Below are positions 18,799-27,807 of a stretch of 64,000 nucleotides of DNA, piece by piece. The notes under the pieces are model-generated. The model was not told the DNA's origin and did not search any database. It was given only the letters and a program-made list of their open reading frames with translations. The translations under genes and the position numbers were made by a program. The stretch is from Thermoanaerobaculia bacterium (lineage in GTDB: Bacteria; Acidobacteriota; Thermoanaerobaculia; Multivoradales; JAGPDF01), in assembly GCA_036397015.1 (NCBI GenBank), contig DASWJT010000098.1:529-64528 (forward strand). Reading direction: 5' to 3'. Position 1 is the stretch's first letter. Every line of letters starts with the position of its first letter.

Positions 18799-19686
18799 CT
18801 ACTCCTTCGCGCCCTTCAGCTCGTCCAGGATCTGCTCGAGTGCCCGGATGAGATCCATCTTTTCGACCGTGCTCTGCCGGAAGGTCAGATTGAGCGCGAA
18901 ACGGCGGTCGGGCGCGCGGAACTTGAAGACGTAGGGCTTTCGCCGGTCGCCGCCGCCGCCCTTCTGACGGGCCGCACGCCGCAGGTCGTCCCGCGAGAGC
19001 CTCTGGCCGGAGGCCTTGTCGAGCAATTTCCGCATCGTCTCGACATCCCTCGCCTTGGCGATCTCCAGCAATGCGGACTTGGCATGGATGCCCATCGCTT
19101 CGGCCATCCGCCGCAGCTCGAGCGGGATCTCGAGCAGAGCCAGCGATTCGGTAATCGAACTGCGCGCTTTGCCCACCGAGGCAGCGATCTGCTCGTGCGT
19201 GTAGGCGTGCCGCTCGCCGAGGGCCCGGTAGCCCTCGGCCTCCTCGAAGGGCGTGAGGTCCTTGCGCTGGAGATTCTCGATGAGAGTGATCTCCAGCGCC
19301 TCCTCCTCGGAGACCTGGAGCTCGATGACGGGGACCTCGTAGAGGCCGACCTCCAGGGCTGCGCGGTAGCGGCGCTCGCCGGCGACGATCCGATAGCGAG
19401 GCCCGGCTCCAGCCTCGTTTCCAACCGGCCGGAGTCCTGCGGGGCTGGTGTCCGCTCGCACCAGGATCGGCTCGAGAATGCCCTTTTCGCGGATCGATTG
19501 CACGAGGTCGTCCAGATCGCCGACGTCGCCGCGCGGTTGGGTGGGATCGGGTTGAAGCGCCGAGAGCGGCACCATCTTGCCCACGGGCGCCTCGTGCCGA
19601 ACCGCGAGCTCGTCGACGAAGTGGGCGGAGTGCCGCATCTTCACTCGCAGCGGCAGGCCGCGCTTGCCGGAGGATGGTTCAGACAC
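18799..19686 (-). CDS. parB: ParB/Spo0J-family partition protein (295 aa)
   Basis: The ParB N-terminal domain has the arginine patch GERRYRAA. An HTH region follows (YTHEQIAASVGKARSSITESL). It overlaps the end of parA by 8 nt. Confidence 0.9.
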   Translation of the reverse strand: MSEPSSGKRGLPLRVKMRHSAHFVDELAVRHEAPVGKMVPLSALQPDPTQPRGDVGDLDDLVQSIREKGILEPILVRADTSPAGLRPVGNEAGAGPRYRIVAGERRYRAALEVGLYEVPVIELQVSEEEALEITLIENLQRKDLTPFEEAEGYRALGERHAYTHEQIAASVGKARSSITESLALLEIPLELRRMAEAMGIHAKSALLEIAKARDVETMRKLLDKASGQRLSRDDLRRAARQKGGGGDRRKPYVFKFRAPDRRFALNLTFRQSTVEKMDLIRALEQILDELKGAKE

Positions 19687-20437
19687 GGCTCAGGATCTCC
19701 TCCGAGAGCTTGTAATACTCGTAGGCCCCGCTCGATCTCGGCGCGAAGGAGAAGATCGCCTCCTTGTACGCCGGGCTCTCCTCGAGCCGGACGCTCTTGG
19801 TGATCACGGTCTCGAAGAGGCGGTCGCCGAAGACCCTCTGGATCTGCTCGACGATGTCCTTGGCCAGGAGCGTGCGCTTGTCGAAGAGCGTGATCACCGC
19901 TCCCAGGATTTGCAGCTGCGGATTCGCTCGCGACTTCACCTTCTCCACCGTCTCGAGCAGATCGTCCGTCCCCTCGAGGGCGAAGTACGACGACTGGATC
20001 GGCACCAGGACGTGCGAAGCGGCGACGAGCGCGTTGACCGTGATGATGCCGAGCGTCGGCGGCGTATCGAGGAGGATGTAATCGTACTCCTCTCCCACCG
20101 GCGCCAGCGCATCTTTCAGGCGGTAGTGGCTGTCGAGCTCGCCGATGAGCTTGGCCTCGAGCTTGGCGAGGGTGATCGACGACGCCGCCACCGCGAGGTT
20201 CGCGACCTTGGCGGCGGGCTGGATGACCTCTCGCAGCGAGCAGGCCGGCTCGACGAGCGCGTCGTAGATGGTGCGCTCGAGGGAGTGCACGTCGAGAAAA
20301 GACATCGTCGCGTTCGCCTGAGGATCGAGATCAACGAGCAGAGTGCGAAGACCTTTGGAAGCGAACGCAGCGGCGAGGTTGATGGCGGTCGTCGTCTTAC
20401 CGACACCGCCCTTCTGATTGGTGATCGCCAGGATCAT
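19679..20437 (-). CDS. parA: ParA/Soj-family partition ATPase (252 aa)
   Basis: The deviant Walker A is NQKGGVGKTTT. DLDPQAN and LLDTPP motifs are also present. Confidence 0.93.
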   Translation of the reverse strand: MILAITNQKGGVGKTTTAINLAAAFASKGLRTLLVDLDPQANATMSFLDVHSLERTIYDALVEPACSLREVIQPAAKVANLAVAASSITLAKLEAKLIGELDSHYRLKDALAPVGEEYDYILLDTPPTLGIITVNALVAASHVLVPIQSSYFALEGTDDLLETVEKVKSRANPQLQILGAVITLFDKRTLLAKDIVEQIQRVFGDRLFETVITKSVRLEESPAYKEAIFSFAPRSSGAYEYYKLSEEILSRV

Positions 20438-20449
20438 GAGGAGGCGGCG

Positions 20450-20478
20450 AGTCTACGGAAGCGACCGGGGGTGGTCAA
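20450..20478 (-). promoter_or_regulatory. sigma70-like promoter for parAB (TTGACC, 17 nt, TAGACT on the minus strand)
   Basis: The minus-sense sequence reads TTGACC-acccccggtcgcttccg-TAGACT-cgccgcctcctc-ATG. The -10 box ends 12 nt before the start codon and no SD is present. Confidence 0.45.
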
Positions 20479-20530
20479 GCGCACGTGCCTGTTCAGCGCG
20501 CTCTGGTCGGCGCGCCGACAATCTCTCTAA

Positions 20531-20558
20531 ACAATTGATAATAAAGATCTTAATATCC
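20531..20558 (+). repeat. AT-rich partial dif-like repeat (ACAATTGATAA-TAAAGA-TCTTAATATCC)
   Basis: It is in the same orientation as the 18701 site. GATAATAAAGATC matches GATAAGAAAGATT at 11/13, covering the inner XerC arm plus central region. The XerD-arm equivalent is degenerate and about 3 nt shorter. It also contains the palindromes CAATTG and AAGATCTT. Confidence 0.4.
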
Positions 20559-20569
20559 TATGGCGCAAT

Positions 20570-21043
20570 TCACATCGAGTACTTTCCGAGATCTTCGGGG
20601 CCCGCTCTCTCCAACCATTCGCGGATCCTCTCCTCGTCGGTCTCTCGCGTTGCACGAGAGTTTTCGAGAGCCGCGTCGAGGACCTTCCGCGCCGTCCAGA
20701 TCGGCGCGTGCGCGCGCAGCGCGATCGCGATCGCGTCACTCGGCCGCGAATCGATCACGAGCTCCCCCGACGGAGTCGAGACGATGAGACGCGCGTGAAA
20801 CGTCCCCGCTTCGAGAGCGTGGACTTCCACGCGAAGGAGCCGTCCACCGAGCGCTTCGAGGGTCGCGCGCAAGAGGTCGTGGGTGAGCGGCCGCGGAGGC
20901 TCGATGCCCTCGACGGCGAGCGCGATGGCGTTGGCCTCGAAGGCGCCGATCCAGATCGGCAGGAAAACGTCGCCGTCGACCTCGCGCAGGATGAGCACGG
21001 GCGACTCCGTGTTGGGATCGAGAATGAGGCCACGGAGCCTCAT
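20570..21043 (-). CDS. bifunctional nuclease (BFN/DUF151) domain protein (157 aa; alternative start 21127)
   Basis: The sequence is typical of the BFN family: LILDPNTESPVLILREVDGDVFLPIWIGAFEANAIA...HDLL...ARLIV...IDSRPSDAIAIALR. The upstream part of the long ORF is Arg-rich junk. Confidence 0.8.
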   Translation of the reverse strand: MRLRGLILDPNTESPVLILREVDGDVFLPIWIGAFEANAIALAVEGIEPPRPLTHDLLRATLEALGGRLLRVEVHALEAGTFHARLIVSTPSGELVIDSRPSDAIAIALRAHAPIWTARKVLDAALENSRATRETDEERIREWLERAGPEDLGKYSM

Positions 21044-21156
21044 CTCGACGAAATCTTCCGGAGGTCCGGCGCGCTCGCTCACTCCTCGATTGTCGGTCCC
21101 AGGCGATGGCAGGTCAAGGGAGCGCATCGCCGGAGCGGGAGAACGCGCAGTCACTC

Positions 21157-21576
21157 TCACTCCCCCATCCAGATGGCGGCGAGGTCGTCGTCCTCGGCCA
21201 CCCGCACCATGGCGAGTCGCACGCCGGCGGGCAGCGCGGACGAAACGCGATCCCGGATCCAGAGCGCGAGATTCTCGCTGGTCGGGATCTGCCCGCCGGG
21301 AGCGAACTCGGCGATGGCGTGGTTGAGATGCTGATGATCCACCCGCTCGAGCACGCGCTCGCGAACGATCGCGTCGAGGACGCCGAGATCGACGACGAAG
21401 CCGGTCGGGGCGTCGATCTCCCCCACCACCGTCACGGTCAGCCGGTAGTTGTGGCCGTGGCCGGGAGCGATCCAGCACTTGCCGAAGCGAGCGCGATTCT
21501 CGTCGTCGGACCAGTCGGGGCGCACGTAGCGATGCGCGGCCGAGAATCGGTAACTGCGTTCGAGCCGGATCGGCAT
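21157..21576 (-). CDS. queD: 6-carboxy-5,6,7,8-tetrahydropterin synthase QueD (139 aa)
   Basis: The PTPS fold motifs are FSAAHR and GHGHNY, with a GFVVDLG pattern. A GAGGAG SD is present. Confidence 0.9.
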   Translation of the reverse strand: MPIRLERSYRFSAAHRYVRPDWSDDENRARFGKCWIAPGHGHNYRLTVTVVGEIDAPTGFVVDLGVLDAIVRERVLERVDHQHLNHAIAEFAPGGQIPTSENLALWIRDRVSSALPAGVRLAMVRVAEDDDLAAIWMGE

Positions 21577-21739
21577 GACGACGCTCCTCGGTGAAGCCGG
21601 ACGCGCCGGCCGCGGAACTGCACGGCGTCGGCGTTACGTAATTCGAGCGTAAGTGAAGCGACAGCGGCTGCCGTGCCGCGAAGCCCTCTCGTTCGCCCTC
21701 TCCCGCACCGCCTCTTCGCACTCCGTAGAATGCCGAGTC

Positions 21740-24127
21740 GTGTTGCGCCGACTCGACCGCTACGTCCTCTCCGAGCTGGTCGGACCGCTCTCTCTCGGAC
21801 TGCTCGTCTACACGTTCATTCTATTGCTGCAAACCTTCTTCCGGCTGGCCGAGATGATCATCAAGCGCGGCCTGCCGGCGGGCACCGTCGGCCAGCTGCT
21901 GCTCTTCAGTCTGCCCAACATCGTCGTCCTGACGCTGCCGATGTCCTTCCTGCTCGCCGTGCTCGTCGGCGTCGGGCGCCTGGCGTCGGACAGCGAGCTC
22001 GTCGCTCTGCGCGCTTCGGGGGTCAGCCTCTATCGCATCCTGCGCCCGGTGCTGTTGTTCGGCGTTCTCCTCGCCGGCTTCAACACGTTTCTCATGCTCG
22101 AGCTCTTGCCGCGGGGCAACACCGCCTATATGCGCCTCTTCCTCGACATCGCGACGCGGACGATCGGATCGCAGTTCGAGCCGCGCGTCTTCTACAACGA
22201 GTTCCAGGGCAAGATCCTCTACATCTTCGACATTCCTCCGGGCGCCGACGACTGGCGTGGCATTTTCCTCGCCGATTCGGTGCCGAGCCCGGACCGCCCG
22301 CACGAGGTGCTGGTCGCGGAGCGCGGCCGGCTCGAGCTCTCCGCCGACGGCGAGCAGGTCTCCATCCGTCTCGAAAACGCGGTCCAGCACACGCTCGACA
22401 TCAATCGCCCCGACCGCTACGAAACGCGACGCTCGGAGCGCATGCGGGTTCTGCTGCGCGACCGGTTCGCGACCGAGGAGCGCGCCAAGGCCTTCTCCCG
22501 CAAGTCGGTGCGCTCGATGACCTGGGGCGAGGCGAGCGTGGCGGCCGTCGATCCGGCGAGCACGCCGCAGGGCCGTGCCGAGGCCCGCGTTCAGCTGCAC
22601 AAGTTCTTCGCCATCCCGGTGGCGTGCGTCGTCTTCGCGCTGCTGGCGCTGCCGCTCGCCTTCAACAACCGGCGGGGCGGCAAGTCGTCGGGTTTCGCCT
22701 TCTCGATCGGGATCGTCGTCGCCTACTACCTGATGCTGAGCCAGGGCGAGAAGGCGGCCATCGCCGGCGAGCTCTCGCCGGCAGCCTCGATGTGGCTGCC
22801 GAACGTGGTGCTCGGCGCCTGCGGGTTGGTGCTCATCGCGGCACGCAATCGCGATCGCTCCCTGCTTCCGGGCTGGCTGCGGCACAGCGCCCCCGTCCGC
22901 CGGCTGCTGGCGCGGTTGCGCGGCACCGCATCGCGCGCGGGAAGGCGCTCTCGTCGGCGCGGCGAGGGCGGTCGAGTCGGCGCCGGCCGCGGCGCCCGGC
23001 GGGCGCGCTTCCTGCTGCGGCTGCCGCGCCTGCGCATCCGCTTTCCCAATCTCATCGACCGTTACGTGTTGCGAATGTACTTCTTCGTTTTCCTTCTCGT
23101 CATCGCTTCCGCGGTCTCGTTGCTGGTCATCACCGACTTCACCGAGAACGTCGACGAGATGATGAGGAACCGCCCTCCGGGAGCAGTGATCGCGCGCTAC
23201 TACCGCTACCAGTCGCTGCAGCTCGCCTACGACATTGCGCCCATCGCCGTACTGGTCACGACCCTGGTCACCTTCTCGCTGCTCTCGCGCTCCAACGAGG
23301 TCACGGCGTGCCGGGCCCTCGGCATCAGCCTCTACCGCCTGGCGCTGCCGGCCTTCGTCGGCGCGGCGGCGACCGCCGGCCTCTTCGCGCTGCTGCAGGC
23401 CCAGGTCCTCCCCGCCTCCAACCTCAAGGTGGCGGAGGCGCGGGCGGTGATCCGCGGCGAGGCGGTGCATCGCTTCGCCCGCAGCGCCGATCGCCAGTGG
23501 CAGATGGGCGGCGGCCGCTTCATGTACAACTTTCTCCATTTCGACGCGACGCGCGATGCGTTGCAGCGGCTGCAGGTCTTCGAGTTCGAGCACACGGGGC
23601 GGCTGGTCGCGCGGCTCTATGCCGAGGAGGGGCGGCATCGCGTCGACGGCTGGGTGCTCGCTCGCGGCTGGACGCGCACCTTCGACGGCCGCGAGCAGCG
23701 CGGCTACCGGCCGTTCGCCTCCGAGGTCGAGGTCGATCTCGAGGAATCGCCCGATTTCTTCGCCGAAGAGCCCCGGCGCCCCGAGCAGATGACCTACGGT
23801 GAGCTCGCCGACTTCACGGCCGAGCTGCGCGCCAGCGGCAGGCCGCAACCGAAGTACGAGGTCGCCCTCCACAACAAGCTGGCGTTCCCGGTGGGCTCGA
23901 TCGTCATGGCCCTGGTGGGTTTCCCCTTCGCCTTCCGCCTCGAGCGGCGCGGCGCGCTCTACGGCCTCGGCGTGTCGATCGCGCTCGGCCTCGTCTTCAT
24001 CCTCGTCTTCGCTCTCTTCACCACGCTGGGCGAGGTCGCGGCCCTGCCCCCGGCGGTCGCGGTGTGGAGCCCGAGCATCCTCTTCTCGCTCTTCGCCGCC
24101 TACCTCTTCCTCGGCGTGCGCAGCTGA
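21740..24127 (+). CDS. fused LptF-LptG-type LPS export permease (two YjgP/YjgQ modules, 795 aa)
   Basis: Module 1 starts VLRRLDRYVLSELVGPLSLGLLVY. Module 2 starts NLIDRYVLRMYFFVFLLVIAS at about nt 23048. The modules are joined by an Arg-rich linker with no stop and no in-frame ATG/GTG just before module 2. Confidence 0.8.
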   Translation: MLRRLDRYVLSELVGPLSLGLLVYTFILLLQTFFRLAEMIIKRGLPAGTVGQLLLFSLPNIVVLTLPMSFLLAVLVGVGRLASDSELVALRASGVSLYRILRPVLLFGVLLAGFNTFLMLELLPRGNTAYMRLFLDIATRTIGSQFEPRVFYNEFQGKILYIFDIPPGADDWRGIFLADSVPSPDRPHEVLVAERGRLELSADGEQVSIRLENAVQHTLDINRPDRYETRRSERMRVLLRDRFATEERAKAFSRKSVRSMTWGEASVAAVDPASTPQGRAEARVQLHKFFAIPVACVVFALLALPLAFNNRRGGKSSGFAFSIGIVVAYYLMLSQGEKAAIAGELSPAASMWLPNVVLGACGLVLIAARNRDRSLLPGWLRHSAPVRRLLARLRGTASRAGRRSRRRGEGGRVGAGRGARRARFLLRLPRLRIRFPNLIDRYVLRMYFFVFLLVIASAVSLLVITDFTENVDEMMRNRPPGAVIARYYRYQSLQLAYDIAPIAVLVTTLVTFSLLSRSNEVTACRALGISLYRLALPAFVGAAATAGLFALLQAQVLPASNLKVAEARAVIRGEAVHRFARSADRQWQMGGGRFMYNFLHFDATRDALQRLQVFEFEHTGRLVARLYAEEGRHRVDGWVLARGWTRTFDGREQRGYRPFASEVEVDLEESPDFFAEEPRRPEQMTYGELADFTAELRASGRPQPKYEVALHNKLAFPVGSIVMALVGFPFAFRLERRGALYGLGVSIALGLVFILVFALFTTLGEVAALPPAVAVWSPSILFSLFAAYLFLGVRS

Positions 24128-25899
24128 GCGCGCGGTCGCTTCGGCTGGGCGCTCTCGGCGAGCCGTTGGCGCGCCCTCTCGCGGCGCCGCTCGCAGTGCG
24201 CCGCGATCCGCTCCGCCGTGCCGGTGACGAGGATGTCCTCGGCGCGGGCGCCCGCCTTGCGCGCCACGCCGACGCCGTACTCGACGTCGGCGAGCCCTTG
24301 CGGCGAGTGGGCGTCGGGATGGATCGAAGTGCGGCAGCCCCGCCGTAGCCAGCCGTGCAGGAAACGCCAGTCGAGATCCAGGCGATGCGGCGAGGCGTTG
24401 ACCTCGACCACCACGCCGTTGGCCTCCGCCGCGTCGAGCACCGCGTCGAGGTCGATCTCGTAGCCCTCGCGGGCGAGCAGGAGGCGCCCCGTGGGATGGC
24501 CGAGGAAGGTGACGCAGGGGTGCTCGAGGGCGCGCACGAGGCGCGCGGTCTGCTCGGCACGCGGCAGCTTGAAGCGGCTGTGGATCGAGGCGACGACGAA
24601 GTCGAAGCCGAGCAGGAGCTCGTCGTCGAAATCGAGAGCACCGTCGGCGAGGACGTCGACCTCGCTGCCCTTGAACAGGCACGGGCGCTCGCCACGCGCG
24701 TTCCACTCGTCGATCGCCGCCCATTGCTCGCGGACCCGAGCCGGCGTCAGGCCGCCGGCGTAGGCGGCGCTCTGCGAATGATCGGCGATGCCGAGGAACT
24801 CCCAACCGAGCCGGCCCGCCGCTCGCGCCATCTCCTCGAGCGACGCGGTCCCGTCGCTCCACGTGGTGTGCACGTGCAAGGTGCCGCGCAGATCGCCGAG
24901 CTCGACGAGACGCGGCAGCTCCCCTTTCGCCGCTAGCTCGATCTCGTCGAGGCCCTCCCGCATCTCGGGCGGGATCCAGTGCAGACCGAGCCATCGGAAG
25001 AGCTCGCGCTCGTCGCCGACGACGAGTCGCTCCTCGCCACGGAAAAGGCCGTACTCGTTGATCGTGATGCCTTCCCGGCGGGCGCGCGTGCGCAGCGCGA
25101 CGTTGTGCTCCTTGCTGCCCGTGAAGTGATGAAGCGCGGCAGCGAACTCGTCGTCGTTCACCATGCGCAGATCGGCGAGCATGCCGCCGCCCAGCCGCAC
25201 CTGCACCTTCGTCTCACCGCGGCTCTCGATCGCCTGTGCGCCGGGCTCCGCGCCGAAGTGCTCACTCACCGCCTCGCGGTCGGCAGCGTCCACCGCGGCG
25301 ACGAAGTCGAGGTCGCCGATGGTCTCGCGCCAGCGACGCAGGCTGCCGGCGACCTCGGTGCGAATCACCGCCCGATGCGCCCGCAGGTGGGCGAGCATGG
25401 CGGCCGCGAGCGGGCGCGCGGTCGAGAGCAGATGGCGCTCGCTGTATTTGCCGAGGTGGGCGAGGCTGTCGAGGATTTTCTCCTGCGACTTGGCTCCGAA
25501 GCCGGCGAGCTCGGCCACCCGGCCGGCGCGGCAGGCGCGCTCGAGATCGGCCGGCGATCCGACGCCGAGCTCCTGGTGCAGCAGGCGGATGCGCTTCGGG
25601 CCGAGACCGGCGACGCGGAAGAGGTCGAGCACGCCGGGCGGGTACTTGCTCCGCAGCTCGTCGTGGAGAGTGAGGCGGCCGGTGTGCACGACCTCGGCGA
25701 CCGACTGCACGAGGCCGGGCCCGACGCCCGCGAGCTCGGCCAGGCGCCCCTGCTCGAGGAGCTCTTGCGGCTCCTCGGCGAGCCCTTCGAAGGTACGCGC
25801 GGCGTTCTCGTAGGCGCGGACGCGGAAGACGTTGGCGCCCTCGAGCTCGAGCAGCGCCGCCGTCTCGCGCAGAATGCGGACGAGCGCCTCGCGGGTCAT
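24100..25899 (-). CDS. polX: DNA polymerase X family protein with C-terminal PHP phosphoesterase domain (599 aa)
   Basis: The N-terminus has HhH/Pol-beta-like motifs (ELEGANVFRVRAYENAAR, GVGPG, GDLD). The PHP domain is marked by LHVHTTWSDG and IADHS. Its 3' end overlaps the convergent lptFG 3' end by 28 nt. Confidence 0.93.
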   Translation of the reverse strand: MTREALVRILRETAALLELEGANVFRVRAYENAARTFEGLAEEPQELLEQGRLAELAGVGPGLVQSVAEVVHTGRLTLHDELRSKYPPGVLDLFRVAGLGPKRIRLLHQELGVGSPADLERACRAGRVAELAGFGAKSQEKILDSLAHLGKYSERHLLSTARPLAAAMLAHLRAHRAVIRTEVAGSLRRWRETIGDLDFVAAVDAADREAVSEHFGAEPGAQAIESRGETKVQVRLGGGMLADLRMVNDDEFAAALHHFTGSKEHNVALRTRARREGITINEYGLFRGEERLVVGDERELFRWLGLHWIPPEMREGLDEIELAAKGELPRLVELGDLRGTLHVHTTWSDGTASLEEMARAAGRLGWEFLGIADHSQSAAYAGGLTPARVREQWAAIDEWNARGERPCLFKGSEVDVLADGALDFDDELLLGFDFVVASIHSRFKLPRAEQTARLVRALEHPCVTFLGHPTGRLLLAREGYEIDLDAVLDAAEANGVVVEVNASPHRLDLDWRFLHGWLRRGCRTSIHPDAHSPQGLADVEYGVGVARKAGARAEDILVTGTAERIAAHCERRRERARQRLAESAQPKRPRAQLRTPRKR

Positions 25900-25939
25900 G
25901 CTCGCCGGCCGGAAGTCTCGCGGGCTCCCGGGGCCCGAA

Positions 25940-27118
<1,179 letters not shown>

Positions 27119-27207
27119 GGAGTAGGTCCTCGCTGCGAATCGCCGGACCTGCGCACAGGCCGACCGGATCGCGGCATCCTAGCAGACCGGTGCCGGTCGC
27201 CCGCCAC

Positions 27208-27807
27208 TCACCGCCGCGCTCCCGGCCGGCTCTCGAGGATGCCGAAGAAGAGCGTCGAGAGCGCTCCCAGCGTCGCCAGAGCGACGGCGCTGCGCCGCGA
27301 TTCCAGTCCGCCCGTGAACTGCGCGATCATGCCGCCGCCGCGCCGCGTGCCCGGAATCGAGCCGGCGATCTCGGCGCCGCTCAAGCCGTGCGCGAGGACG
27401 CGCGGCAGCTCGAACGAGCCGCTCGAGCCGAGCGCCTCGCCGGGCGGGCCGAGCACCGCCGTCCAGCTGCGCAGCACGAAGCGTCCGCCTTCGCCGACCG
27501 CGAGCTCCTCGATGCAGGCTTCCGAGGCGACGTAGAAGCGGTAAGTCTCGCCGAGCCGGTCGGCGAGCGACTGCGCCGCCGCACGCGCCGCGGCGATGGC
27601 TTCGCGGTCCGAGCCCGCGATGCCGCCGAGCGGCCGCTCGCGCTCCTGGCCGACGATCGCCACCGCCGCCGGACGCCCGAGCGCGTCGTGGAAGAAGCGC
27701 CGAAATCCCTCGCGCACGCCGAGCAGCTCGTCGGCCGCCGTGCCGGCGACCGCGACTTCGACACCGCGCTGGTATCCTCCGAGAAAGCCACTCAGGGTCT
27801 GGGTCAT
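27208..27807 (-). CDS. DUF84 / YjjX-like inosine-xanthosine triphosphatase family protein (~199 aa; alternative start 27840)
   Basis: The sequence VAVAGTAADELLGV...FYVASEACI...SGSFELP...GGGMIAQFTGG...R resembles the non-canonical NTPase family. Assignment is by pattern only. Confidence 0.6.
   Translation of the reverse strand: MTQTLSGFLGGYQRGVEVAVAGTAADELLGVREGFRRFFHDALGRPAAVAIVGQERERPLGGIAGSDREAIAAARAAAQSLADRLGETYRFYVASEACIEELAVGEGGRFVLRSWTAVLGPPGEALGSSGSFELPRVLAHGLSGAEIAGSIPGTRRGGGMIAQFTGGLESRRSAVALATLGALSTLFFGILESRPGARR

Noticed and set aside
18690-20563. Interpretation of the two AT-rich 13-mers (reverse complements AATCTTTCTTATC and GATCTTTATTATC, resembling E. coli oriC DUE 13-mers GATCTnTTnTTTT) as an origin of replication next to parAB.
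   Set aside because: Genes converge on this locus rather than diverge from it. I see no cluster of DnaA boxes (TTATCCACA-like) and no dnaA/dnaN nearby. The left element fits the full 28-bp dif architecture much better than a DUE.
20795-20801. A parS-like half site GTGAAAC inside the BFN nuclease gene.
   Set aside because: Only one half of the 16-bp palindrome TGTTNCACGTGAAACA is present. No full parS was seen anywhere near parAB.
21577-21739. A preQ1 riboswitch upstream of queD, and significance of the TTACGTAA palindrome in the divergent queD/lptFG region.
   Set aside because: The queD leader lacks the small hairpin plus A-rich tail of preQ1-I and any recognisable preQ1-II/III features. 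The 8-bp palindrome alone is too short to call a site.
22860-23050. The possibility that the lptF-lptG fusion is really two genes.
   Set aside because: There is no stop codon in the linker, and no in-frame ATG/GTG/TTG with an SD within about 100 nt upstream of the second module. It is kept as a fusion but flagged for read-level verification.
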